A stretch of 64,000 nucleotides of DNA from a virus (Duplodnaviria; Caudoviricetes), in IMG/VR virus record IMGVR_UViG_3300049198_000021, positions 1 through 64,000 of that record, one strand, 5' to 3'. The notes under the pieces are model-generated. The model searched no databases and was not told the DNA's origin. It was given only the letters and a program-made list of their open reading frames with translations. The position numbers and the translations under genes were made by a program. Shown one piece after another: positions 52,337 through 62,800 of this stretch. Position 1 is the stretch's first letter. Each line of letters starts with the position of its first letter.

Positions 52337-53578
52337 TCAACGGGGGAGGATAATGCGAGAATCGTCGAAATATCGGCGAAGCGCCGGCGGGATCGTGATG
52401 CACCCATCCTCGTGCTGGTAGTTCTCGATGATAGCCGCGACGGTGCGGCCGACGGCCAGCCCAGACGCGTTGAGAGTGTGGACGAACTTCGCCTTATCCT
52501 TGTGGTGTTCCTTGTAACGCGTGTTCATGCGGCGCGCTTGGAAGTCCCCGCAATTCGAGCAGGATGCCACTTCCACCCAACGCTTCATGCCGGGGAACCA
52601 GACCTCCAGATCATAGGTGATCGCCGCGCCGAAGCCCGTCTCTTCCTCGCTCAGAAGGACTATCCGATACGGGAGTTCCAGCTTGTCCAAGATCGAGATC
52701 GCCGAGCCACGAAGGAAGTCATGCTCAGCGGCGCTGTCTTCGGGGCGTGTGATGCTGACCAGTTCGACCTTCTCGAACTGGTGTTGACGCAGTAGGCCGG
52801 TCGCGTCCCGGCCCAGCGATCCCACTTCCGAACGGAAGCACTGGGTAAGAGCCACCATGCGGATCGGAAGCTCTTCCCCATTGAGGATACGGTCGGCGAC
52901 GCTCGCCACCAACGGCACCTCACCAGTCGGAATCAACCAACCGCCCGGCACCTTGAAGCTGTCCTCAGCGAACTTGGGAAGCTTGTCAGTCCCAAACATG
53001 GCGTCCTCATTGACGATCACAGGTGGGATGCATTCGATGAAGCCGCCCACGCTGATATGGGTATCAAGCATGAACTGCCCCACGGCCCGGTGCAGCCGGG
53101 CCATGTCACCACGCAGGAAGGGGAACCGCGATCCGGCCAGCGCCGCACCAGTCTCCGGTTCGAAGCCGATCTTTGCGCCTAGTGTGGCGTGATCCTTGGG
53201 TTCGAAGAACGGAATCGTGGGCTCGTAAAGGGTCGCCTGATTGTCCACCGGGACGAACTTGTCGAGAATGTTGGGAAGCTCGCACAGAAGCTGGTTGAGG
53301 TCCCCTTCGTAGATCGCTATGTGTTCTTCTTCGCGTTTGATCTTCTCGTTGAGTTCCCGCACCTTCGCTTTGGCGATTTCCGCCCAGTCCGATCCGCCTT
53401 TGCCGATTTCCTTACTGATCCGATTTCGGTCGGAGAGGAGTTCTTGTGCGCGTGCCTTGTGATGCCGAACGTATTCGTCCAGCGACAAGATTTCAGCCGA
53501 CACAGGAGGAAGCCCGCGTCGCGCCATCTGGCGATCGAACTCAGCCGGGTCCGCCCGAATCATACGGATGTCGTGCAT
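52337..53578 (-). CDS. serS: seryl-tRNA synthetase
   Basis: MHDIR N-terminal coiled coil, GSRF, LIPTGEVPL, CFRSE.GS.GRD..GL.RQHQF.KVE, EVASCSNCGDFQARR, HTLNASGLAVGRT. Confidence 0.96.
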   Translation of the reverse strand: MHDIRMIRADPAEFDRQMARRGLPPVSAEILSLDEYVRHHKARAQELLSDRNRISKEIGKGGSDWAEIAKAKVRELNEKIKREEEHIAIYEGDLNQLLCELPNILDKFVPVDNQATLYEPTIPFFEPKDHATLGAKIGFEPETGAALAGSRFPFLRGDMARLHRAVGQFMLDTHISVGGFIECIPPVIVNEDAMFGTDKLPKFAEDSFKVPGGWLIPTGEVPLVASVADRILNGEELPIRMVALTQCFRSEVGSLGRDATGLLRQHQFEKVELVSITRPEDSAAEHDFLRGSAISILDKLELPYRIVLLSEEETGFGAAITYDLEVWFPGMKRWVEVASCSNCGDFQARRMNTRYKEHHKDKAKFVHTLNASGLAVGRTVAAIIENYQHEDGCITIPPALRRYFDDSRIILPR

Positions 53579-53859
53579 TACCAGATGTTCCGTCCGAGGG
53601 GATTGTGTTCGAAGACGTGCCAGATGTAAGCCCCATCATGGATCGTGCCATGATAGTGGTGCGTGTTGGGGACATCTTCACCAGTGGCGAAAATTTCAAA
53701 CGTTCGGTCGGTCACTTCTCCGCCGTGTTGTGCGGTCAATGCCCAGAGGCAGTGATTTCCATTTGGATCGAGACCGACGTGCATGATCTGGCAGCCAACC
53801 GGCATCTGGATAGTGGTCAGGGTTTCCAACCGGTGCTTGAGGATGCGATGAGGAATCAT
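53578..53859 (-). CDS. conserved phage hypothetical protein
   Basis: MP.G..I..V......LWA......TG.....GT....VWHVFE-type pattern. Confidence 0.7.
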   Translation of the reverse strand: MIPHRILKHRLETLTTIQMPVGCQIMHVGLDPNGNHCLWALTAQHGGEVTDRTFEIFATGEDVPNTHHYHGTIHDGAYIWHVFEHNPLGRNIW

Positions 53860-53862
53860 TAT

Positions 53863-54123
53863 TTACCCTTCCCAGTCAACGATGTCGTAACCCGTCTCCG
53901 GGTCTTCCCATTCCACCCATTCACCGTCCTCGAAGACTTCGAGGCCGCCGGCGTTGGCGTAGTCAGGCTTGATGTTGTTGTTGTATTGAAACAGATCGTA
54001 GCGCGCTAGGGCTTCGATCATCTTGACGGCTTCCTCAGGGCTCTCCACAGGGACGTGGAAAGACTTCATCGGCACCTGAGGGCACCACCAGACGCGGAGA
54101 TCGCCGTGCTTAGGGTCGGTCAT
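53863..54123 (-). CDS. superinfection exclusion gp17-like protein
   Basis: LRVWW.PQVPMKSF.VPV.S.EEA......LA.YDLFQY.N.IKPDY.NAGGL. Confidence 0.75.
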   Translation of the reverse strand: MTDPKHGDLRVWWCPQVPMKSFHVPVESPEEAVKMIEALARYDLFQYNNNIKPDYANAGGLEVFEDGEWVEWEDPETGYDIVDWEG

Positions 54124-54801
54124 GCCAAGGACTCCGCATAGGCCCGGATCGCCGCGCCTTCTCGGGTAAGGGCGAACTCCTTGTAGCGTTCACCCTGACG
54201 CATCTTGACCAGCGCCGGACGACGCCCGTTGGCCTTGGTAAGCCGGATCGCACACGCCTCAGCGCAGCCAAGGATGCAATAGGTATCATCCAGACCCGCG
54301 ATGGTCGAGATTTGTGCCCGGCTCAGCTTGCCATAGATCGCCGAAGTTTCCAGAAGATGATACATCAGAACGTCCTTACCAGATTTGATCGAGCTTAGAG
54401 GCGGCGATGCCAACGAACACGCCAAGAACATACCAAGCGAAGATGTGGCCTCGCGTTGTGTGGACGATCTCGCCGGACCAGTCGAAGATGTTCATAGTTC
54501 CTCCATCAGCTTCTGACGCACCCACGCGAGGCGCTTCGGGTTTTCATGCATCAACCCATCGTCACCTTCCTGCCAGTAGTCGATCTCGTAGTTGAAGGGC
54601 GTGTCGCAGTCGTTTTCAAACTGCTCTTTCAACAGATCACGAAGCTCGTAATATAGCTTTACCGAGCGTTTTTCAGCATGATAGCACAACCCAAAATGCC
54701 GGCAGAAGCCACCTTCGGAGGGTTTTCCGGGTGTGGCCCCGCTGGTAGCCCAGTTGTGCCAGTCGGCGAGGAAGGTGCTGAGAGCGGGGCTCATGTTGCG
54801 A

Positions 54802-55254
54802 TTACTTCGACTTGAAGCCGCCGCCCGACGAAGGACGGTAAGCCGGCGCGGAGGGGCGATAGGTGGAAGGCTTGTAGGACGAAGACGACGGCTTGTAGGA
54901 CGACGACTTGGCGGCGTTCTGGCGCTGCTGTTGTTGCTGACGACGAAGTTCGACCTTCTGACGCTCGATCTTCACCTTCAAGCGCTTGATTTCCTGCGAC
55001 TGCGAGCCATACTTGTTCGCCATGCTGGGATGGTAGCTGCCCCGGTAGCCCGGATCGCGGTAGATGTAGCTCTGGCCGGACGAGTTGCTGCCGATCATGT
55101 AACCCACCATACCGTAGAGCAGGTAGTCATTCACGTTCCCACCGGCGTCGGACCAGTTGCGGCATTCGGTCGGATTCGAGGCGGACGCGCATTCGTCTTG
55201 GATGCTGCAAGCGGAGAGAGCGGCACAGGCTGCGAGGGCAATCAACTTCTTCAT
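54802..55254 (-). CDS. lipoprotein with Ser/Tyr-rich tail
   Basis: MKKLIALAACAALSAC lipobox. Confidence 0.75.
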   Translation of the reverse strand: MKKLIALAACAALSACSIQDECASASNPTECRNWSDAGGNVNDYLLYGMVGYMIGSNSSGQSYIYRDPGYRGSYHPSMANKYGSQSQEIKRLKVKIERQKVELRRQQQQQRQNAAKSSSYKPSSSSYKPSTYRPSAPAYRPSSGGGFKSK

Positions 55255-55281
55255 GGGTGTCTCCTTAGATTGGACCTTGAT

Positions 55282-55558
55282 TCAGGTGGTGATTTCTTCG
55301 AGGGCCGGCACGCCAAACTTGCCTTCCATCTTCATGACGATGAACTTCTGGCCGGGGTGTTTGATCGCCAGCCGCTCAGCTTCCGCCATGGCGAGTTCGC
55401 GGGTCGGGTGGTAGAACTGGGGTCGGCGACCGAACTTGGTCCAGACGCAGTAGGTGCCGATCTCTTCAAAAGGCGGCGCGGGGCGGGGAGGTGTTGATCT
55501 CGTTGGCGGTCACAGTGCCGGGTTCGTCACTGGTCATAAGGTCAGCCATCAGATTCAT
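55282..55558 (-). pseudogene. frameshifted gene (TTT-TGA at 55471-55466); C-terminal part belongs to the P..H.T...A..EAERLA...PG..F phage family
   Basis: AAGGAG RBS and ATG in frame 0, conserved-looking domain in the +1 frame without its own start. Confidence 0.55.
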
Positions 55559-56125
55559 AGGTTGAACTCCTTTTGAGGGTTGTCGATTTCAGCGAGAAAA
55601 GCCTTGATAGCAGTCGCAATCCCTTTGACTCGGGGAATATCGATCAAGTCACCATCGCGTTCGGCCCGCTCGATTTCTTCTTGGAAGAGTTCGAGCCCGT
55701 GGCGCTTGACCAGAACGTATCCGGCGGCCCGGTCAGAGTCAGCAACGGCTTGTGCCAGACCACGCTCGAAACCGGGGGCGATGTCTTCGAACGCAAAAAC
55801 GATAGCAGCGGCCCGCCGGTGGTTGATCTCGTCGTTCATGGTCAGAACTTCCGATCGGCATTGATGAGCGAGACCTTGGTGCCCGGCTGGAGCAGGGCAG
55901 CCGCGTGTTCGCCCACCTCGCAGACGCGGACCAAGCCGCCAACTTCGACGAGGACTGTAGTCCGTTTGATTACGATGTCGGGGCCACGGAAGCCGGGGCG
56001 GATCTCGGTCCAATCGGCCGCGTCCTTGATGATGCCCGATTCCTTGGGTGTCATGCACTTCTCGACCGGGACAGGCTCAGCGCAAGCGGACAGGCCGAGG
56101 AGCGCCGACAGGATGGCGAGCTTCT

Positions 56126-56428
56126 TCATGCGACTTCCTTCTTGATGTATTTGTCGGCGATCGCAACGAGATCGTCCCAGCGGCTTTGGTCGAACGCAGC
56201 CTGCATTGCGATTGCGTCCACATATTGATCGTCCGGGATTTCCAGAACCCCTTCCTTTTTCAAAGAAACCACAGAGGCGAACAGCCGGTAGTTGCGTTCG
56301 TCCCGCGTCATCAGCGTGCCGATGATGCAGGGCGCGGCGTTGCTACACGTCCCCAGCGCCGGGGCGCATTCGTCGAGATGGGCTTGGGTTAGGTCGCGAA
56401 GATCGATCTTGATCGTAGGCTTGCTCAT
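56126..56428 (-). CDS. paralog family A (IKIDL..LT...APC.IG)
   Basis: similar to 59534-59857 and 63052-63366. Confidence 0.8.
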   Translation of the reverse strand: MSKPTIKIDLRDLTQAHLDECAPALGTCSNAAPCIIGTLMTRDERNYRLFASVVSLKKEGVLEIPDDQYVDAIAMQAAFDQSRWDDLVAIADKYIKKEVA

Positions 56429-56817
56429 GCGCCTTCCCCCGTGTTGGGGATCATGTCGTCCAGAGCGCGGCACATCTGCCGGACAGGACACCGATCGATT
56501 TCGCCCTTCATGGCCCGGCCCTGTTCGATCAGGCGGTCCGGCTCCAGTTGGGCGCGGATGTTCTGGATCATGGTGATAGGGACAAGCACCATCCCACTCG
56601 CTACCTTAACCTGCTCGAAAGCCGTCCAGTCACGATAATGTGTGATGCACATGGTAGGGTTGTTCGGCCAATCCTTCCAAACGTAAGAAGAAGCATGTTC
56701 AGAGCGCCGTTCAGTTGAACCATCGCCCCATTTGATCTCCACATCGTGTCCTTTAGGGACCGGGCAATTTCCGGAGCCGTCGTGTGGTAGCCAAGCAGGC
56801 TCGGTCTTGGTCGTCAT
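56425..56817 (-). CDS. paralog family B (W..H.G..CPV)
   Basis: similar to 63363-63578 and 63565-63816. Confidence 0.75.
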   Translation of the reverse strand: MTTKTEPAWLPHDGSGNCPVPKGHDVEIKWGDGSTERRSEHASSYVWKDWPNNPTMCITHYRDWTAFEQVKVASGMVLVPITMIQNIRAQLEPDRLIEQGRAMKGEIDRCPVRQMCRALDDMIPNTGEGA

Positions 56818-59800
56818 TAACTGTCTCCCTGTTGTTGTGCGAATCGAATAGGACGTTTCTTCCGGTTAGGCAAGCGCCATTTTCACTGACCCGGTGTTAT
56901 TCTGAGGATACCGGCAGGGGCCGTGGTTCACCGATCAACCAGAAACACCGGGTGATGCGGGGCCGTCCCCGGCTGTCGTGACCATGGATGCGCGTCTTGC
57001 GAAACAGATCAGGAGCCTGCTCGCAGGAGTTGATGGCTGCTTGGATGCGATCCAGCGGGTGGACATGCTTGGTGCCGTGCTGGCAGGCCGCCTCTGCTAG
57101 GACGCCATCGCCCCACACCACGGACTCAACTCCGTCGGCGATCAGCAGGTGCGCCACCCGATCGGCGATCCGCACCTTAGCCACGCGGTTTCACCAGTCG
57201 CAGACCGTCGAGGAGCCCATCAGCGTCCGACGAGATGTTATCCGCCCAGTCGCTCAAGCGCATCTGGTCGATCGGTTCAGGAGCCAAGGCTTCGGTGTCC
57301 ATCATCTCATCCATCAGGCGTTCAGCGCTGCGCTTGATCGTCTCGGCGCGTTGCCGCCATGAGCGTAGCTGGTTGGGCGTGATGCTCATTGAGCCATCTC
57401 GGCGTCGGCCAGTTCAAGGAACTTCTCGAAGAACTTCGGAGCCAGATCGTCGTAGTCCGGTCGGTTGTCGAAGACCGGGAAGCCGATTGCGGTGTCCATG
57501 TGAGAGGTCATCGCCTGCGTGGCATCGTGGACCTTCATCTGGATGTCATACATATCGTCGCGATCTTCCAGTCCGTAATCCCAGCCGAGGCCCAGTCGGA
57601 CCTTGACGTAGATTTCCGAAAGCTCAAGATGGCGCTGTGCCTTCTCGAAGCCGTCTAGCCGGCCTTGGGTGTTGGACATGAGATAGCGGTGGATGTGAAA
57701 CCGCATGAGTTGCCACAAGGCTCGCTTGTTCTCGGCGCGAAGCTGCTCGATCTCGGTCATGGCTTCTGTCCATTCGTGATCCGGGCAGACTGCATATCGT
57801 ATGCGAGCAGCGTCAGCTTGTCAGCAAGACCAACCGCATCCGCCGGGTCAGTGAAAGCCAGCCACCATTCCGGTGCGCCACGGCTGGCTTCCCAAGCTTC
57901 CTCAGGAGTCTTTCCGTCGGACTCCTGATAGCCGTCGCGGCAGCCGCGAATGACGATGGTGGAGGCTTCGGCCGAAACCGCCGATCCGATCAGGATGACG
58001 CCCCCGCCAAAGGGGATGATGTGTGGTCGCACTTCGGGCTCGGTCTTGGCGGTCCGCTTCTTACGGGAAGCGGCTTCCTCGATCCGGGCCAAAAGACCCT
58101 CCGCCGCGTCGATGCGCGTCTGTTCACTCACCGTCAGGTTTTCGTGATCGGCAACCGGGAGCAGCCGATACATGGCATTCATCAGATCAGCCACCAGCTT
58201 GTTGCTGGCAGCCAGTTCCTGTTGGAGGCGGCCCGCTTCATGCAAGGCGGCAAGAAGCTCGCCGGCAAGCTGGTCATCAGTGTTCGGTGTGTTCATCCTT
58301 CACCCCCTGAGATCGTGGTGCGGGCGATGGTGGCCGCCGCACAGTAGCCTTCCAGCCAGTCGAGTGAGCGCGTCTGGCCGTTCATGCCGCGATTGAGGGC
58401 ATCATCCAGTCGTTCGGTGATCTGGCTGTTCATGGTAGTGATGATTTTGGAGACCTGCTCCATGTCAGCACGAGCCATCTTGGCATCTTCGAAGGATGCA
58501 TATGAGCCCAGCCAGATACCGTTGTCATCGACAAGATCGTAGAAGCCGAACTTCTTGTCATGATTGATGTGGATGATCAAAGTGCTGTCTCCTGATTCGT
58601 TGTTCATGCGAATCGGTTAGGACGAATCTTCCGGTTCGTCAATCAGTATTCGAACGACTCGTCCCACTCGTCATTGATCCCACAAATCTTGACCTGATCC
58701 CAGAGCAATTCTCGTGAGTATTCAGTTGTGTATTTCAATAGCTCGCAACGTGCGTGGTCGTCGGGAAGCGCACGGAAGTGCGGACATTTCTTGACCGGCA
58801 TTCGGCCGTTATCATCGAAGTCACCAAGGCGGGTATAGCAATACCACCCTTTGGGTATTTCATTGCGCTGTTCGTCGGTCAGCGCCGCGACTATGCGCTC
58901 TTCCTCAGTCATTTTGTTCTCGTTTCATGTTCGCCGCTTTGTCTTCGGCTTCCATGGATTCCACGGCGTCCTTCATGATGGCGATCGTGACCTTACGGTA
59001 GTCCGAGAAGGTCCGGCTGTAGCCTTTACGCTCGTCGTCAGTCAGCGCCCAGCGGACGGACATACGCACGGTGACCTCGTTACCGCTGAACGTGCTATCC
59101 ATCGTCCGCATTGCCGAATGCTTGTTGACCACCCGGTTCCAGCGCTTCTGAAAATCGAATTGGCGATCGGTCCACTTGTAGCGTTCGCGGACTTGCCGGG
59201 GCGGCATGAAGGACAGGCCGACATTGGTCCACCAACAAAGCGAACCGTCTTCGAGGCTTTCGATCAGGTAGCGTCGGCTGTATCTGTTACCATCTTCGAT
59301 CTCTCGCAGCCAGCCGATCTGCCACTTCGACGGCATGGCGGATTCGAGGATCACCAGATCGCCGACTACAGCGTCGCGGGTGCTGTCATATCCGGCTGGT
59401 GTGAAGCCGTTGAGTGATGGCGAGTTCTTACCGTATTCGGCGTCGGGTTCCCAGTTGCGCGTGATGTAGAACGACAGGATGTCGCTCATGATCAGGGTCC
59501 GGGCCCGGTTGCGATCGAACGGACGCGGCTTGCTCATGCAATGTCCTTTCTGAAACGATCAGCAATTTCAAGGACTTCATCCCAGTATGAGAGATCGAAA
59601 GCATTCTGCATTTCACGAGCAGCTTCATGCTGCTCGGCTGGGAGGATGATGAACCCTTGGTTGATCAGGTTTCCGATGTTGTCTTGAACACCACACCCCT
59701 CAGGGTCAGCCATCTCAGCCAGCCACTTACGTCGCGCCGGGGGAACCAAAGAGCCGATGATGCAAGGTGCAGCATAGTCACACAACTTCATATGTGGTTT

Positions 59801-62800
59801 GGCCTCTTCCAGCTTCTCGGCCGTCAGGTCGCGCAGGTCGATCTTGATGTAGCTCATGCCGGGGCTCCCACCGGTGGTGTGTAGCTCAGGTCGTAGCTCC
59901 GGGCGAGATCGATTGCCCCCAGTTCCATACCGTCCAAGAAGTCTCGGACATCCAGTTCGGTTGGGCGGGCCGGTGAGTCGTGTAGGTTGGTCTGTGCGTC
60001 GCACAAGAAGTCGAGGAGCTTATCATCGACATCGAAGCCGAGTTCGTCGTAGATCGAACTCAAGGAGTGGCGCTCCAGTGTCGGATTATACTGGTCGTCA
60101 GGGATCAAGGCACCGACAGCACACGCGCATCCATCGTCCCCGCGATAGGCGCACACCAAGCGCCCATCGTCAATCACCATTTGCGAGGGCTTACCTTGCC
60201 GACGAAGGTGGTTCACCATCGCGTCGAAGGCTTCCTGCAAGGTGTAGCTGGTGATCGGTTTGGCGGCGGGCATCGGCTGGTCTCCATGTAATTGCTGTTC
60301 GAATCAGGTAGGACAAATCTTCCTAGTCGTCAACCGCAATCTTGACTTCACGCTGGTGCGGATAGTAGAAGCAGTGATGCTCTCCGTGGACCACCGTGAA
60401 GGGTCCCTCGTAGAAGGCCACGTCGGAGTGAGTGACATCCACCCGACCGCAGGTGCAAGCTATTTGGCGCACGGGTCGAGCGGTCCGCCCATAGGCCAGC
60501 CGCAGCACATGACGGTCTTCGTCCAGCTACGCTTGGTCTTCTTACAGCTACGGCATTGCCGTAGTGGTGCCTTAGGTTTCTTGGTTGTCATGGTAGGCCA
60601 ACAGCTTCCTTTGCTATCCGTCGGCAGTCTTCCCGTGATAGCTCTAAGCCGCGCATGGCGATCAATACCAAAGCTTCCTGTAGCTTCGCGGTGATGACAC
60701 TCAACTCTTGTGTTTGCTCGAACCACAGGAGCGCTTCGGCGGCGTTCTTGTGTTTCTCTTCCATCTGCAAGCCGATGGCTTTTTTCAACCGCTCGATCTC
60801 AGCGGCTGGGTCTTTCATTCCCACACACGCATTGACGCAAGCGACGATCCGGGCCGCGTTGGCTTCGGAACAGATCGGGTCGCGGCACCAGTTATCCCGC
60901 AAGCAGCCGTCGTAGAAGACGCGCTCGATGTTGTCCGGCTGGTTGGGATCGAGCCGCCACGGCTCCTTGGTATGGGGCTTGGTCACAGCATCGGTTCCTT
61001 GTTGCCGATCCCATTGATCATGTAGCCCAGCGCGGTCGATCCGGCGGCGTCGTTAAGGTTAAGGCGGCTGTCGGCGACGCGCTTGTCCAGTCGCTCGATC
61101 GTCTTGAGCAAGGCGGCGGATTGCATGATGTCGCCACAGTTCAAGGCGAGACGCTGCATCGCCAAGACGTGCTTCGCGATCTCGTCGAGGTGGTTGTTCC
61201 AGTCGGGCGTGACGCTCACGACACGCTCTCGTAGAAGGCCAAGGCGCGGGCGGCCTTCTCGGCAACATCACCGGGGCTGGTTCCGTGGATGGCGAAGGCC
61301 GGGTTGGCGTCTCGCACTGCAAGGAACGTGCCATCAGGGGCGGAAAGGATGCGAAATAGTTCGTTGGGCGTGATGGTCATTTCGTCGTGTCCTGAACCAG
61401 ATTGGTGAAACGGTCGTGAACTGCCACGGCGATCTCGTAGGGCGTGATGTCGTTGCCGGAGTTCACCGTGTTGGCGATCAGCTTCTCCAGTTCCAAGAGC
61501 GTGGGTTTTTCCGGGGGAGCTTGGGTGGTGTAGGTTCCTGCACCTATTTCCTCGGCTGCATTCTCCAGACTGGTGAAGTAGCCGGCCCAGTAGCGTCGCC
61601 AGAACACGTCGCCCATGTCCGGCTTCAACTCTTCGTCGCGGCAGGCTTCCTTGGCCTTACCAGCCGTGAAGAGAAGCCACGCCACTATGTTCTTCTGCGT
61701 CACCGATTCTGCTCGCTTGAAGCCGGCGCGGAAGCCGTTCATGTAAGGAACCCGCGTGGCGTAGGTCGAGAACTCGCACGTCTCCATGGCCTTCGCCAGT
61801 TCATCCTCCACCAGTGAGGGAGGCTTCGGGTCGGGAGCAATCAAGCCACGAGCGCGCCACCGCTCCAGTTCTTCTTCGACGAAGACGGCCGGCGCGTTGA
61901 CCTTCGCCAACAGAGCGCGGAACTCATCAGCAGTGATCTTGGTGGGCGGCGGCGTCTGGTTCATTCGACAAGTTCCTCGCGGATGATTTGGGTGAGGTGG
62001 CCGATCATGGCGAACAGAGTTCGTTCGAGGCCGGGGGTCAAGAGATAGCTGCTCGATTTGGCGGCTTCTTCTATTGCCGAGAGGCGCGTGATGATCCGGT
62101 GACGCTTTTGAGCCGCCAAGAAAGCCTCGCTTTGCGTGTCGATGGTGTAGGTTTCTAGCTCATCAATCATTGACCAGCTCCATCAGAGCAGTGTGGAGAC
62201 GGGTGACGAATGCTTCACCCATGTCTCGGGATGTATCGCCTGCCTCGTAATCGAAATCGCTTTGTTCGATCATATCGGCTTCATCGAGCGAAGCTACCAC
62301 AGCCGCCCACACCTTTCCCCGTGTCAGCGCCGGGCGTTCGGCTGGTGTGATCTCCAGCGCACGATCGAAACCCTTACGGAACCCATTGGACCAAGGGATG
62401 CGGTTGCGCTCGTCTTGAAACACAGCACCTTCAATGGCTTTTGCGAGTTCGCTATCCACCAACGGGACAGGCTCGGGCTCCGGCTCAATCAGGCCGCGTT
62501 CTCGGAGATCGTTAAGGACCTTCTTCCGCATGTTCGGATAGGCCCAATCGTCCATAGCCTTCAAGAACTCAGCCTCAGTCAGTGGAGTGGTGTTTGTGGT
62601 GGACATTAGCTTCCGCCTCCGTGGTCAATGATATGTTGGGCTTGTTTGAGGGCGTCTTGATTGACTTCCCGATGGAGTTGCCCTTCCATTCGCAGGCGGC
62701 GCTTGGGATCGATCTGGCGGCAGAACTCCACAGCTTCCTTCACCGCAGAGTCGTTCGGGTAATCACCAGCCGCGTAGAGAAGCAGGCTATCGATGTGCCG

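Larger units (their letters stand above)
16147..60333 (-). repeat. dispersed ~60-bp promoter/operator/hairpin/RBS element (16 core copies plus 2-3 variants)
   Basis: consensus TTGACGAACCGGAAGATT(C/T)GTCCTA(N)3GATTCGCATCAACAACGAATCAGGAGACA; -35 begins (minus strand) at 16207, 22268, 22745, 23720, 29140, 31176, 34725, 35994, 39867, 42972, 46386, 51297, 56873, 58642, 60333; variants 15136, 17513; + strand copy at 3501. Confidence 0.9.

Noticed and set aside
58581-58607. ATG start at 58607 for ORF 58293-58607
   Set aside because: It lies inside the repeat hairpin; the RBS GGAGACA points to a TTG start at 58580.
15083-60333. CRISPR array or classical integron interpretation of the repeat
   Set aside because: Copies are 0.5-6 kb apart, degenerate and promoter-like; no cas gene, attC consensus or integrase was recognised in the window.
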